A DNA stretch of 64,000 bases from Peptococcaceae bacterium UBA5755 (GTDB lineage Bacteria; Bacillota; Dehalobacteriia; UBA4068; UBA5755): positions 147,455 through 211,454 of the forward strand of contig DIFF01000012.1 of the NCBI GenBank assembly GCA_002419005.1, given 5' to 3'. The first letter of the stretch is position 1, and each line of letters opens with the position of its first letter. The notes below the pieces were generated by a model. That model did no database searches, was not told the origin of the DNA, and saw nothing but the letters and a program-made list of their open reading frames with translations. Made by a program: the position numbers and the translations under genes. Shown here one piece after another: positions 27,288 through 37,966 of the stretch.

Positions 27288-28202
27288 TTATATTTCTCCT
27301 ATTGTTTTTATCTCCTGCTGCAAATCTATGCCAAAAGCTTCTTTTACCTTCTTTTGCACCTGACCAATCAAGGCCAGCACATCTGCAGCGGTAGCCTCCC
27401 CAGTGTTGATAATAAAATTACCATGTTTTAAAGATACCTGTGCTCCTCCCACAGTAAGACCCTTACAACCAGCGGCTTCCGAAAGACGACCGGCATGATC
27501 ATTGCCCGGGTTTTTAAAAACACTGCCAGCAGAAGGATATTCTAAGGGCTGGTTTTTTTGCCTTAAAGCCAGCAATTCTTCAATTTTCTTTTGGCTGAGA
27601 ACAGCATCCCTCGGTTGCAACTTTAGGGTAATACTGGTTATCACAGCTGCCAAATCCATCAAGCCACTCTTGCGATAAGCAAAATCTAGCTCCGGCAAAA
27701 ATATTTGCCTCTTGCAGCCAGTATATTCAATCACATTCACATGGGTTACAAAATTGCCCATAAATTCCCCGTAGGCCCCGGCATTCATCCAAACGGCACC
27801 GCCAACACTGCCTGGTATACCTGCTGCCCATTCCAAACCGCCCAAACCCTGCTGGACTGTTTCTCGCACCAAATTCATCAAAAGACCACCAGCCCCAGCC
27901 TGCACCTGACCATTTGTCTGCCAAACATTTTGGGAAAGGCCTTTGCCAATATGCAATACAACCCCCCGAATGCCCTTATCCAGCACCAGGAGGTTGGAAC
28001 CTCTGCCTACTACTTGACAGGGAACTTTATGCTTTTTACATAAGATTAATACCTCGGCAATATCATCTTCACCGGCCACATCCACAAAAATGTCGGCTGG
28101 GCCGCCAATACGCCAACTGGTATGCAAATGCATCGGCTCATCACACAATATGGTGCCTTTAATTTTTGCGGCCAGTTCTTTTTGGAAAGCTTGGTTGCTC
28201 AT
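27288..28202 (-). CDS. murB: UDP-N-acetylenolpyruvoylglucosamine reductase
   Basis: 304 aa with an FAD-binding region (TSWRIGGPADIFV, GRGSNLLV) and C-terminal SAGSVFKNP. Confidence 0.93.
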   Translation of the reverse strand: MSNQAFQKELAAKIKGTILCDEPMHLHTSWRIGGPADIFVDVAGEDDIAEVLILCKKHKVPCQVVGRGSNLLVLDKGIRGVVLHIGKGLSQNVWQTNGQVQAGAGGLLMNLVRETVQQGLGGLEWAAGIPGSVGGAVWMNAGAYGEFMGNFVTHVNVIEYTGCKRQIFLPELDFAYRKSGLMDLAAVITSITLKLQPRDAVLSQKKIEELLALRQKNQPLEYPSAGSVFKNPGNDHAGRLSEAAGCKGLTVGGAQVSLKHGNFIINTGEATAADVLALIGQVQKKVKEAFGIDLQQEIKTIGEI

Positions 28203-29629
28203 CAGACTTTGCTCCCTCCCTTTCTTTTAAGCATTTCGGCATAGACCTGCCCAGTATGGTAAATAGGACCAGCCCCCACGACCATTACAATATCGCCCTT
28301 TTGCACCGTGCGGTTTAAACAATCCAGCACATCAGCCTCTTTGGGGGCAAATTCAACATTTTTGTGGCCACTATTTTTAATGGCATCCACCAGTGTTTGT
28401 CCGCTCAGGCCCGGTATGGCATCTTCAAAGGCACTGTATATCTCATTGATGATTATCTTATCCGCAATCATCAAGGTCTCGGCAAAATCAGTCAAAAGTT
28501 GCTGGGTACGGCTGTAACGGTGTGGCTGAAAAACCACCAACACCCTGTTTTTATTTATGTTTTTGGCGGCAGAAAGCACCGCCTTTATTTCTGTTGGATG
28601 GTGGGCATAATCATGTACCACCATAATGTCATCAGCATTCCACAGTATTTCAAAACGGCGACCGGTGCCGGCATATTGAGCTAAAGCCTGAGCAATTTCC
28701 TCAAAAGAAAGACCCATTTCCCTGCTCACCGCAATGGCTGCCAAAGCATTGCTAATATTATACAAGCCGGGAATTCTTAAGACAAGCTCACCTAATTTTT
28801 GCTCATGATAATAAATGCTAGAAAGGGAGCTACACCCTTTGAAAGTAATGTCTTTGGCCGTATAATCGGCAGACGGATTAACTAAACCAAAGGTTACGTA
28901 ACGACCTTCATTGGTTACTGCCAGCTGGGCCACCGGTTCGCTGTCTATTCCTAAAACAGAAAAACTATCCACTGGGATCCCGGCAACAAATTGGCTAAAA
29001 GCAGCCACCAAGTTTTCCATGCTGCCATAATGATCCAAGTGATCGTTACTGATATTGGTAACCACGGCAATGCGAGGTTTTAAAAGCAAAAAGGAGCCAT
29101 CGCTTTCATCCGCCTCGGCCACCAAAAAATCACCGTGTCCCAGGCGAGCATTGCTGCCAATGTTATGTAAAATGCCGCCAATAACAATTGAAGGATCTTT
29201 TTGGTTAGCTAAAAGAACAGTAGATATCATGCCGGTAGTAGTAGTTTTGCCATGTGCCCCGGCCACAGCAATGCTTTGCTTAAGTTGCATCAGCTTAGCT
29301 AAAAGCTCCGCCCGACTGATAATTTTTATTTTCTTTTCTTTTGCCACCAGTATCTCTGGGTTTTGGGGTCGAATGGCAGAAGAATATACCACAAAATCGG
29401 CATCGGCCGGTACCTGGTTTGCTGCATGCCCAATAAAAATTTGGGCGCCTCTATCTTTTAGGTCGGCGACTATCTCGGACATATAAGCATCGGAACCGGA
29501 AACTTTTACCCCCATTCCCAACAAAATATGGGCCAGGGCGCTCATACCAATACCGCCGATTCCTATAAAATGCAACTTTTTGCCGATATAATCCAATGGT
29601 TTTTCCTCCCTATGCTTTACTTTTGCCAC
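28202..29629 (-). CDS. murC: UDP-N-acetylmuramate-L-alanine ligase
   Basis: 475 aa with HFIGIGGIGMSALA, GAHGKTTTT and DYAHHPTE motifs. Confidence 0.95.
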   Translation of the reverse strand: MAKVKHREEKPLDYIGKKLHFIGIGGIGMSALAHILLGMGVKVSGSDAYMSEIVADLKDRGAQIFIGHAANQVPADADFVVYSSAIRPQNPEILVAKEKKIKIISRAELLAKLMQLKQSIAVAGAHGKTTTTGMISTVLLANQKDPSIVIGGILHNIGSNARLGHGDFLVAEADESDGSFLLLKPRIAVVTNISNDHLDHYGSMENLVAAFSQFVAGIPVDSFSVLGIDSEPVAQLAVTNEGRYVTFGLVNPSADYTAKDITFKGCSSLSSIYYHEQKLGELVLRIPGLYNISNALAAIAVSREMGLSFEEIAQALAQYAGTGRRFEILWNADDIMVVHDYAHHPTEIKAVLSAAKNINKNRVLVVFQPHRYSRTQQLLTDFAETLMIADKIIINEIYSAFEDAIPGLSGQTLVDAIKNSGHKNVEFAPKEADVLDCLNRTVQKGDIVMVVGAGPIYHTGQVYAEMLKRKGGSKV

Positions 29630-30746
29630 TTTTTTTTACCGCTGTTTTCACTGCCACATCTACAATATCTGCCAGAGCATTTTTGTTGCCCAGCAAAGTG
29701 GCCGCTCCGGCCATTTTCTCTTGTAAACGGTCATCGGTCAAAATTTTTTTAACAGCTACCAACAATTTTTCTGAATTTAAATCTTTCTGAGCTATTATTT
29801 CGGCAGCCCCCAGCCTTTCCATGGCCAAAGCATTGTACATTTGATGATTGCCAGCCGCATAAGGGTACGGAACCAAAATACTAGCCCGGCCAACTGCCAT
29901 CACCTCGGCTAAAAAAGACGCTCCGGCTCGGCCCACAATTATGTCGGCCGCAGCCAAAGCATCCTGCATTTCATGTAAGTATGGCAAAATATGCAAAGAT
30001 TCTTTTTGATCTAATCCTTGCTTTTTTGCTTCTTCTAAAGTTTCCTCAAAAAGCTTAGGCCCGGTAATATGTATTATTTGACAGTCTAAAACACACAAGC
30101 ATTGCCAAATACCGGCCGTAGCCTGGTTGATGACCCTAGAACCCTGACTGCCTCCGGTGATCAAAACTGTTTTTTTATCCGGTACCAAACCAAGCCTTGC
30201 TTGGGCTGTTGTTTTTTCGGCTGCCAAAAACTTGGGACGCACCGGCAAGCCGGTAACAAAAATTTTCCCCGGATAAGACAAATATTTGCCAGCTTCCTCA
30301 AAAGTTAGGCAAATTGCATCCACATAGCGGGCCAAAATTTTTATGCTAAGACCAGGTAAGGCATTTTGTTCATGGACCACTGTAGGAATGTTGCCCAAGG
30401 CGGCTGCCAAAACAACCGGACCACAAACATAGCCTCCGGTACCAATGACCAACTGCGGCTTATAATTTTTTATTATTTCCCGAGCCTGAAAATAGCCAAA
30501 ACAGCTTTTTACTACGCTCCTTGCGGAGCGCAAAATAGATGAACGGTCCAGGCCTGCTACATCAATACCCAGAAATTCATAACCCTCTAAATGGGCCAAT
30601 TCCTCTTCCATACCGCCCTTGGCACCAACATATAATATTTCTGTTTGCCCCAAGCGATTTTGCAGGCCCTTGGCAATGGCAATGGCGGGGTATATATGGC
30701 CACCCGTACCGCCACCGGTTATAATAACTTTCACGTTTTCACCCAC
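29610..30746 (-). CDS. murG: Undecaprenyldiphospho-muramoylpentapeptide beta-N-acetylglucosaminyltransferase
   Basis: 378 aa with ITGGGTGGHIYPAIAI and GGSQGS motifs. Confidence 0.93.
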   Translation of the reverse strand: MGENVKVIITGGGTGGHIYPAIAIAKGLQNRLGQTEILYVGAKGGMEEELAHLEGYEFLGIDVAGLDRSSILRSARSVVKSCFGYFQAREIIKNYKPQLVIGTGGYVCGPVVLAAALGNIPTVVHEQNALPGLSIKILARYVDAICLTFEEAGKYLSYPGKIFVTGLPVRPKFLAAEKTTAQARLGLVPDKKTVLITGGSQGSRVINQATAGIWQCLCVLDCQIIHITGPKLFEETLEEAKKQGLDQKESLHILPYLHEMQDALAAADIIVGRAGASFLAEVMAVGRASILVPYPYAAGNHQMYNALAMERLGAAEIIAQKDLNSEKLLVAVKKILTDDRLQEKMAGAATLLGNKNALADIVDVAVKTAVKKSGKSKA

Positions 30747-31845
30747 TTAACTCCGCATAGCGGGAAATATTTAACAACAAACCTATTGCCCATAAAGAAA
30801 CGACCAAAGAAGAACCCCCATAACTTATGAAGGGCAAAGTAATACCGGTTACCGGCAAAAGCCCCACAACCACAGCTAAATTTACCAAAGCCTGCAAAGA
30901 TATCATCATGGTAAGACCCAGGGCTAAATAACTGCCAAAACTGTCCTTGGTGTGCCAGGCAATATCCAACCCACGCCAGGTAAACATCATAAAAAGAACA
31001 ACAAGAAAAACAGCACCCAAAAGACCCAGTTCTTCCCCTATTATAGCAAAAATAAAGTCTGTGTGCCTTTCTGGCAAATAATACCACTTTGCCCCGCCAG
31101 CTCCCAAGCCAACACCGGTGAGCCCGCCAGAACCAAGCGCCAAAAGAGATTGAATAGTTTGATAGCCAGACCCTTGAGGATCAGACCACGGGTCAAGAAT
31201 AGTTAAAATGCGTTGCAGGCGATATGGCTCATCAATCACTGCCCAAACCACAAAAATGATACCAAAAACAACCAGCAAAGAAAGGTGTCTAACTTTGTTG
31301 CCGGCACAAAAAAGCATAATGATGGTTGTGCCGCCAATGACAATAGCCGTGCCTAAATCTTCCAAAGCCACCAAAAAACAAATAATACCTAATAAAAGCA
31401 TATAAGGCACAAAGCCTTTCCAAAAGCTTTTTAATTTATCCTGCCGGTCACTTAGGCTTTTGGCTAAAAACAGCACTAAGGCCAGTTTCATTAACTCAGA
31501 AGGTTGAAAACGCAGAAACCCCAGGTTAATCCAGCGAATGGCACCGCCGGATTCATCCCCAAAGCCGGATATTAAAACCAGGGCAATCATAGCCAAACCT
31601 ACAAACAGAGCCGGCCAGGCCAAATAGCGGTATTTACGATAGCTGACCCCCATTAGGAAAAACATGCCTACAATGCCCAAAACAGCACTAAGAAGTTGTT
31701 TTTTTAAAAAGTAGGCGGAATCCTCATATGGTGGTTGCTGAGCAAAATATTGGCTGGCACTAAACACCATGATAATACCAAAAGCAACTAAAATCAACAC
31801 CACTAGGCAAGTAATATAATCAGGTCTGCTCTTTTTTAGCAACAT
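30739..31845 (-). CDS. ftsW: SEDS-family peptidoglycan polymerase FtsW/SpoVE
   Basis: 368 aa, polytopic, with QPSELMK, TDFIFA and LPFISYGGSS motifs. Confidence 0.92.
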   Translation of the reverse strand: MLLKKSRPDYITCLVVLILVAFGIIMVFSASQYFAQQPPYEDSAYFLKKQLLSAVLGIVGMFFLMGVSYRKYRYLAWPALFVGLAMIALVLISGFGDESGGAIRWINLGFLRFQPSELMKLALVLFLAKSLSDRQDKLKSFWKGFVPYMLLLGIICFLVALEDLGTAIVIGGTTIIMLFCAGNKVRHLSLLVVFGIIFVVWAVIDEPYRLQRILTILDPWSDPQGSGYQTIQSLLALGSGGLTGVGLGAGGAKWYYLPERHTDFIFAIIGEELGLLGAVFLVVLFMMFTWRGLDIAWHTKDSFGSYLALGLTMMISLQALVNLAVVVGLLPVTGITLPFISYGGSSLVVSLWAIGLLLNISRYAELSG

Positions 31846-33217
31846 TTGCCTTTTCCTCCAGGTATCCTTTTACCAAAGATTTAAACAAATCTCCCCGCTG
31901 TTCAAAGTTATCAAACATATCCCAACTAGCACAAGCGGGTGAAAGCAAAACAACATCCCCCGGTTGTGCCAACAAGCGGGCTTTTGCCACCGCTGCCGCA
32001 AAATCCTGTCCGGCCTCGAGCACATTAGAATAACCAATTTCATCAAAACAGGCCCGCCACTTTTCCTGTGTTTCTCCCAAAATTACCACACCCCGGGCCT
32101 TGGAAGCCACAAGACGGGTTAATTCCAAAAAATCGCTCTTTTTATCATAACCGCCCAAAATCATTATCAATGGTTCATCATAAGCCAAAATGGCCTTTTC
32201 TGTAGAAGCGGGATTGGTACCTTTGGAATCGTTTACATAGGTTACGCCATCTACCTCCGCCACCTTCTCCAGACGATGGGCCACCCCGGTAAAAGTAGTT
32301 AAAACCCGAGCAATCACAGACGGCTCTATCCCCAAAGACCAAGCAATTGCTGCTGCTGCCAAAGCGTTTTCCAGGTTGTGGCCGCCTTTAATGTATATGT
32401 CGCTTGCAGACATAAGATTTATGCACTGCTTGCCATTTTTTAAAAATATTTGCCCATTAACAGAAAAAACTCCTTCTTCTAAAGCTTCCTTCCTGCTAAA
32501 ATACATGACCTTGCCTGCCGCATTGGCTTTCATTTCTCTAACTACGGGGTCATCATAATTTAAAACCAGCACATCATCAGCGGTTTGGTTCATAAAGATG
32601 CGGGCTTTTGCTAAAGCATAGCCGGCCATATCTTTGTGGCGGTCCAAATGGTCGGGGGTCAGATTTAAAATTGCCGCTACTTTTGGCTTAAAGGTATGAG
32701 CTGTTTCCAGCTGAAAGCTGGATATTTCCGCCACCACAAAACCATCGGCAGAAACACCGCCTACCCCTTGCACCAAAGGAAGCCCAATGTTGCCACCTAC
32801 AAAAACCTCGTGCCCGGCAGCTTTAAAAATTTCTCCTACAAGACTGGTGGTGGTGGTTTTGCCATTGGTACCGGTTATGGCCACAAAGGGAGCCCGGCTG
32901 TAAACAAAAGCCAGTTCCAACTCACCCCAAATGGGCACTTGGGCAGCCTGCAAACTTTGCACAAGAGGCACAGAAAGTGGCACACCGGGGCTTATGATAG
33001 CCAAATCAAAACCGGCCACATTTAAAAAAAGGCTGCCCCCTTGTAATTTAGCTCCGTGTTCGGCCAAAGCAAGAGCGGATTCTGACCATTTTTGCAAAGG
33101 CTTATTGTCAATTATGGTAATTTGAGCACCCAGCTCTAGCAAAAAATCAGCTGCTGCTGCTCCGGAAAGCCCGGCTCCAATTACCAATATGTTTTTATTA
33201 TGCATATTCCCCATCAT
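31820..33217 (-). CDS. murD: UDP-N-acetylmuramoylalanine-D-glutamate ligase
   Basis: 465 aa with ILVIGAGLSGAAAA, GTNGKTTT and NDSKGTNP motifs. Confidence 0.95.
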   Translation of the reverse strand: MMGNMHNKNILVIGAGLSGAAAADFLLELGAQITIIDNKPLQKWSESALALAEHGAKLQGGSLFLNVAGFDLAIISPGVPLSVPLVQSLQAAQVPIWGELELAFVYSRAPFVAITGTNGKTTTTSLVGEIFKAAGHEVFVGGNIGLPLVQGVGGVSADGFVVAEISSFQLETAHTFKPKVAAILNLTPDHLDRHKDMAGYALAKARIFMNQTADDVLVLNYDDPVVREMKANAAGKVMYFSRKEALEEGVFSVNGQIFLKNGKQCINLMSASDIYIKGGHNLENALAAAAIAWSLGIEPSVIARVLTTFTGVAHRLEKVAEVDGVTYVNDSKGTNPASTEKAILAYDEPLIMILGGYDKKSDFLELTRLVASKARGVVILGETQEKWRACFDEIGYSNVLEAGQDFAAAVAKARLLAQPGDVVLLSPACASWDMFDNFEQRGDLFKSLVKGYLEEKANVAKKEQT

Positions 33218-33238
33218 TATTCCTTCCCACTTTTGTTT

Positions 33239-34222
33239 TTAAAAAGTTGTAAATAAAAGACCTAATAACACACAAATTAAAGCAGCTAGCCAAAAAGTGT
33301 AAACCACCTTGTTTTCCGACCAGCCTTTCATTTCATAATGATGGTGCAAGGGACTCATTAAAAATATTCTTTTGCCCCGCAATTTGAAGCTTGCTACCTG
33401 CAGAACAACAGAAATGGCCTCAATAAAATAAACTCCGCCAATTAAAAGCACTATGATCTCTGTTTTGGTTAAAATGGCCAGCATCATTATGCCACCACCT
33501 AGGGCCAAAGAGCCGGTGTCCCCCATAAAAACCTTGGCCGGGTAATGGTTGAAAACCAAAAAAGCCAGGCAACCACCAGCAAGAGCAGCTGCAGCCATCG
33601 CCAAATCCAAATAATCAATGCCAATTACCGGAGCATTTTTAATAGCTAAAAGACAAATCAAGGCATAACCCAAAAAAACCAAAAAAGAAATGCCACAGGC
33701 CAAACCGTCTAAGCCATCGGTAAGATTTACGGCATTTACCATAAAAACCATTAAAACAGCAGTAAAAATATAGTACCCCCAACCCAAATTTAGGCTGGTG
33801 CCAATAACAGGTATAATCACTTCGGTGCCACGGCCCAAAATTTTTTCAGCAATAAAAATAAGAACAAAAGATAAAACAAACTGAAAAAACATTTTTTGTT
33901 TAACTGTAAGACCCAAAGACTGATGATGATGAATCTTTAGACTGTCATCCGCAAAACCAATGAAACCAAACAAGAGTACTGCAGACACTACTGTTAAAAG
34001 TGCAGGGGAACCATTACCCCAAAACAAAATACTGACAATAAAAGCAATCAGAAAAATAATCCCCCCCAGAGTGGGCGTCCCTGCTTTTTTTAGATGATGA
34101 TTCGGACCATCGCTGCGTATGGTTTGTCCAAACTTATATTTTCTTAAAATAGGGATCAGCAATGGCCCAGCCAACAAACCAACCACCAATGCCGTGACCA
34201 CCGCGGCCAAAACTAATTTCAT
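33239..34222 (-). CDS. mraY: Phospho-N-acetylmuramoyl-pentapeptide transferase
   Basis: 327 aa, polytopic, with KAGTPTLGG, NLTDGLDGLA, MGDTGSLALGG and HHHYE motifs. Confidence 0.95.
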   Translation of the reverse strand: MKLVLAAVVTALVVGLLAGPLLIPILRKYKFGQTIRSDGPNHHLKKAGTPTLGGIIFLIAFIVSILFWGNGSPALLTVVSAVLLFGFIGFADDSLKIHHHQSLGLTVKQKMFFQFVLSFVLIFIAEKILGRGTEVIIPVIGTSLNLGWGYYIFTAVLMVFMVNAVNLTDGLDGLACGISFLVFLGYALICLLAIKNAPVIGIDYLDLAMAAAALAGGCLAFLVFNHYPAKVFMGDTGSLALGGGIMMLAILTKTEIIVLLIGGVYFIEAISVVLQVASFKLRGKRIFLMSPLHHHYEMKGWSENKVVYTFWLAALICVLLGLLFTTF

Positions 34223-34264
34223 TGTTTAATCCCCCAGCTTCAAAAAGTATCATAACGCCTTCAT

Positions 34265-35719
34265 TTAACCCTGACGCAAAATCTCCCTAGCAATTTCGGC
34301 ATCATCAAAATGCAAAATCTCTTTGCCCACAATCTGATAATTCTCATGCCCTTTGCCGGCAATTATAACCACATCCCCCGGCTGTGCCATTTTCAAGGCT
34401 GCAGCAATGGCACAGCGCCGGTCGGGCTTCATAGTATATTTATCCGTTATGGAACTAATTCCCTGCTGAATATGACCAATAATTTCTAAAGGATTTTCCG
34501 TACGGGGATTGTCGGAAGTAACAATGGTATAATCACTTAACCGCCCAGAGATTACACCCATTATGGGTCTTTTGGCTTTATCCCGGTCCCCGCCGCAGCC
34601 AAACACAGTTATAAGCTGAGCAGATCCTGCCAAATCTCTGGCAGTTCTTAAAACATTTTCTAACCCATCCGGGGTGTGAGCATAGTCAATAATGACCATA
34701 TAAGGTTGCCCCTCTTCAATTTTCTGAAAACGCCCGGCCACCTGTGGAACCTTCGTTAAGTGTTGCAAAATCACCGGAAGCTCAAGACCTTCTGCCAAAA
34801 GAGCAGAAATCGCCGCCAAGGCATTATATACGTTAAATTTGCCGGTTAATGGTACTTGCACTTTGGTAATTTGCCCCTGATACAAAAGAGAAAATTTGCT
34901 ACCAAAAGGAGTAAGAAAATATTCCACTGCCTGCAAAGTTGCTTCTTTTTCTATGCCATAAGTCCAAATAGGCACCGAACAAGCTTCAATAAAAGCCCCG
35001 GCAGCTGGATCATCTACATTTATGACCCCATAACGGCCTGCAGTATTTCCTTTGCCCAGCTCAGTAAAAAGTTTTATTTTGCTGACTAAATAATCTTCAA
35101 AAGTGTGGTGAAAATCTAAATGATCCTGAGTCAGGTTAGTAAAAATTGCCCCATCAAAATGGCAACCCAAAGCCCTATCCTGCTTTAAGGCATGGGACGA
35201 AACCTCCATGACTACTGTTTTGCAGCCATCTTCCTGCATTTGAGCCATTATTTCTGCCAACGCCAACGGTTCCGGGGTAGTGTTACTGGCTGGCAGCTCT
35301 TTATCGCCAATCTGGTTATTTATAGTGCCGATCAACCCTGTTTTATTATTTTCTTGTTCTAGCACCCATTTAATTAAGTGAGTAATTGTTGTTTTGCCGT
35401 TGGTGCCGGTAACACCAATAAGACGCATTTTACAGTCGGGAAACCCATACCAAAAATAGGCCAGCTTAGCAATAGCCTTTCTTGTATTATTACAGATAAA
35501 GACAGGCACTGTTGTATTAGCTTCTTTTTCTGACAGTACAGCAACAGCCCCATTACTTACTGCATTTTGTATATATTGATGGCCATCAGTTGCATAACCA
35601 GACAAAGCTACAAAAAAATCGCCCTTTTTTATTTTTCTGGAGTCATACTGAATGCCGCCTATTTCTATATCCACATTTGTTTTAATACCTAAATAATCCA
35701 TCATTTCCTTAAGTTGCAT
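34265..35719 (-). CDS. murE: UDP-N-acetylmuramoyl-L-alanyl-D-glutamate-2,6-diaminopimelate ligase
   Basis: 484 aa with GVTGTNGKTT, DYAHTPD and the meso-DAP-specific DNPRTE motif. Confidence 0.95.
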   Translation of the reverse strand: MQLKEMMDYLGIKTNVDIEIGGIQYDSRKIKKGDFFVALSGYATDGHQYIQNAVSNGAVAVLSEKEANTTVPVFICNNTRKAIAKLAYFWYGFPDCKMRLIGVTGTNGKTTITHLIKWVLEQENNKTGLIGTINNQIGDKELPASNTTPEPLALAEIMAQMQEDGCKTVVMEVSSHALKQDRALGCHFDGAIFTNLTQDHLDFHHTFEDYLVSKIKLFTELGKGNTAGRYGVINVDDPAAGAFIEACSVPIWTYGIEKEATLQAVEYFLTPFGSKFSLLYQGQITKVQVPLTGKFNVYNALAAISALLAEGLELPVILQHLTKVPQVAGRFQKIEEGQPYMVIIDYAHTPDGLENVLRTARDLAGSAQLITVFGCGGDRDKAKRPIMGVISGRLSDYTIVTSDNPRTENPLEIIGHIQQGISSITDKYTMKPDRRCAIAAALKMAQPGDVVIIAGKGHENYQIVGKEILHFDDAEIAREILRQG

Positions 35720-35737
35720 TTTTTTGCCCCCTTTTAA

Positions 35738-37885
35738 TTACGGCCCCAAAGTTTCTGCTGAATCTTCTTGAGCAGAAAAAGTTACCGTAACTATGGATTT
35801 TTTCTTTACTTCTGTGCCAGGAATGGGGTTTTGCTCTGTGACAAAACCGGAACCGGAAGTTTTAGATTGCAAGCCAAAAATATCTAAAATTTCTGCTGCT
35901 GCCCGCACTCGATAACCTGTTAAATCTGGCACTATTACTGTGTCTGAGCTGGAATCACCCAATGTTATCACCACAGTAGTGCTCGCCTCCACCTTGCTGA
36001 AACCTGCCGGAAACTGACTTACAACAACAGAGCCGCTGCCCTGTACATTACATTTTAGATTTGTAATATTTAAAACACTAATTGCCTCATCTTTCGTAAG
36101 GTTACTAAGATCCAACACTGTAATTTTTTCTGTTTCTGTTTCCGTTTCCTTTTCTATACTGTCGGCATTTACTTGAATTTCTACGCCCAAATAACGCAGG
36201 CTGTCTTCCATTACACTTTTAAATATGGGAGCCGCTAAAACACCGCCTGTAGCATTGAACTCAGACGGAGAATCTATCACAACCAAAACCACTAATTCCG
36301 GATCATTGCAGGGAGCTATGCCAATGAAGGAAACTACATATTCATTTTCTGAATAGCCACCACTTTCTGCAACCTTTTGCGCGGTACCTGTTTTGCCGCC
36401 CACCCGGTAGCCTTCTATATATGCACGCCGTCCGGTGCCTTGGCTTACTACTTTTTCCAAAACCCCCCGTAAAGTTTCCGATGTTTCTGCCGAAATGACC
36501 TGACGAACCGCAACCGGTTCATATTCTTCTACTACATTGCCATCTTTATCTACAATTTCTTTGACGATTTGGGGTTGCATCAAGGTTCCGCCATTGGCTA
36601 CTGCCGAAACCGCCGTTATGAGCTGCAAAGGGGTTACCGCAATGGATTGGCCGATAGAAATGTTTGCTACATTAAGCCGGGTCAATTTTTCTCTTGATAT
36701 CATCAAACCATTTGCTTCGCCCCGTAAACTAATTTGGGTGCTTTGGCCAAACCCAAAAGCTTCCAAATAATTATAAAGCAAATCTTCATTTTTATCCAGA
36801 ATGGAAAGACCTATGGAAATAAAAGCGACGTTGCAAGAATTTTGCACTGCTTCGGTAAAAGTTTGCAAGCCATGCGGATTATAATAACGCCAACACTTCA
36901 TGCGGGTCTTACCTATCATTATATAGCCCGGATCATAAAATGTACTGTTTAAGTTTACTAATCCCTCTTCCAAAGCAGTTGCAGCTATCATAATTTTAAA
37001 AGTGGAGCCTGGCTCGTAAACATCCGCTACGGCTCTGTTGCGATAGGTGCAACTATCATAGCTGCTATAATCGTTGGGGTCATAGGTGGGGCTGTTTGCC
37101 ATAGCCAAAATTTCTCCTGTTTTTGGCTGCATAACAATTATGGTAGCACCTTCCGGAGGATTTTCGCTACTCATGAGGGTATTTAATTCCCGCTCGCAAA
37201 AATATTGTATTGTTTCATCGATTGTCAAAACCACACTGTTGCCATCAGTCGGAGCAATATATTCTTTGGTAGCCTGGGGAATTTCCTGACCATGGGCATC
37301 AAACTCTGTTAAAATACTCCCATTTTCCCCTTTTAATACATCATCATAAGCTATCTCCAGGCCTTCCAAACCCTGATTATCAATGCCGGCAAAACCTAAA
37401 ATGTTGGCAGCTAAAGTACCGTTAGGATAATATCTTTGGGTTTCTGCCACCAAATATATGCCGGGTAAATTCGCTTCTTCTATTGCATCAGCCACCGCAA
37501 AATCACATTTCCTTTTAATCCATTCAAAAGAATGAGAGGAGGTAATTTTTTTATATATGGTATCGTAATCCTGTCCTAATATTTCCGCTAAAAAATTAGC
37601 CGTATCCACCGCTTGCCCCGAGGCTGAAACCTGAGAAGGGTAAGCATATACTGAATCGGCACTAATGCTGGTTGCCAAAATGTTGCCATTGCGGTCATAA
37701 ATGGTCCCTCTTTTAGCTTCCACAGCAACTTCTCTTGTACGTAGATTTTCCGCTTTAGCTTGCAGTTCTTCGCCCTGGAATATTTGCACATATACCAAAC
37801 GGCCAATAACACAAATAAACGCAAGAATAAATAATAGGAATATCAATAACATCCTCTTGCGTGTACTAACTTTGCTTTTTTTCAT
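35738..37885 (-). CDS. Class B penicillin-binding protein with two C-terminal PASTA domains (FtsI/PBP2B/SpoVD type)
   Basis: 715 aa with an N-terminal anchor, STFK, SCN (QNSCNVAF) and KTGTA motifs, and two PASTA-like repeats at the C-terminus. It occupies the dcw position after ftsL. Confidence 0.92.
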   Translation of the reverse strand: MKKSKVSTRKRMLLIFLLFILAFICVIGRLVYVQIFQGEELQAKAENLRTREVAVEAKRGTIYDRNGNILATSISADSVYAYPSQVSASGQAVDTANFLAEILGQDYDTIYKKITSSHSFEWIKRKCDFAVADAIEEANLPGIYLVAETQRYYPNGTLAANILGFAGIDNQGLEGLEIAYDDVLKGENGSILTEFDAHGQEIPQATKEYIAPTDGNSVVLTIDETIQYFCERELNTLMSSENPPEGATIIVMQPKTGEILAMANSPTYDPNDYSSYDSCTYRNRAVADVYEPGSTFKIMIAATALEEGLVNLNSTFYDPGYIMIGKTRMKCWRYYNPHGLQTFTEAVQNSCNVAFISIGLSILDKNEDLLYNYLEAFGFGQSTQISLRGEANGLMISREKLTRLNVANISIGQSIAVTPLQLITAVSAVANGGTLMQPQIVKEIVDKDGNVVEEYEPVAVRQVISAETSETLRGVLEKVVSQGTGRRAYIEGYRVGGKTGTAQKVAESGGYSENEYVVSFIGIAPCNDPELVVLVVIDSPSEFNATGGVLAAPIFKSVMEDSLRYLGVEIQVNADSIEKETETETEKITVLDLSNLTKDEAISVLNITNLKCNVQGSGSVVVSQFPAGFSKVEASTTVVITLGDSSSDTVIVPDLTGYRVRAAAEILDIFGLQSKTSGSGFVTEQNPIPGTEVKKKSIVTVTFSAQEDSAETLGP

Positions 37886-37924
37886 CCCTACATCTCCCTT
37901 AGGGGTTTTTATATATACATTAAG

Positions 37925-37957
37925 TTAAGCGTCATAATCACTAATTATGACGCTTAA
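37925..37957 (-). repeat. Perfect 14-bp stem / 5-nt loop hairpin in the ftsL-pbp intergenic region
   Basis: ttaagcgtcataat (37925-37938) / attatgacgcttaa (37944-37957). It is not followed by a U-tract on the coding (minus) strand. Confidence 0.8.
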
Positions 37958-37966
37958 AAAATTTTT

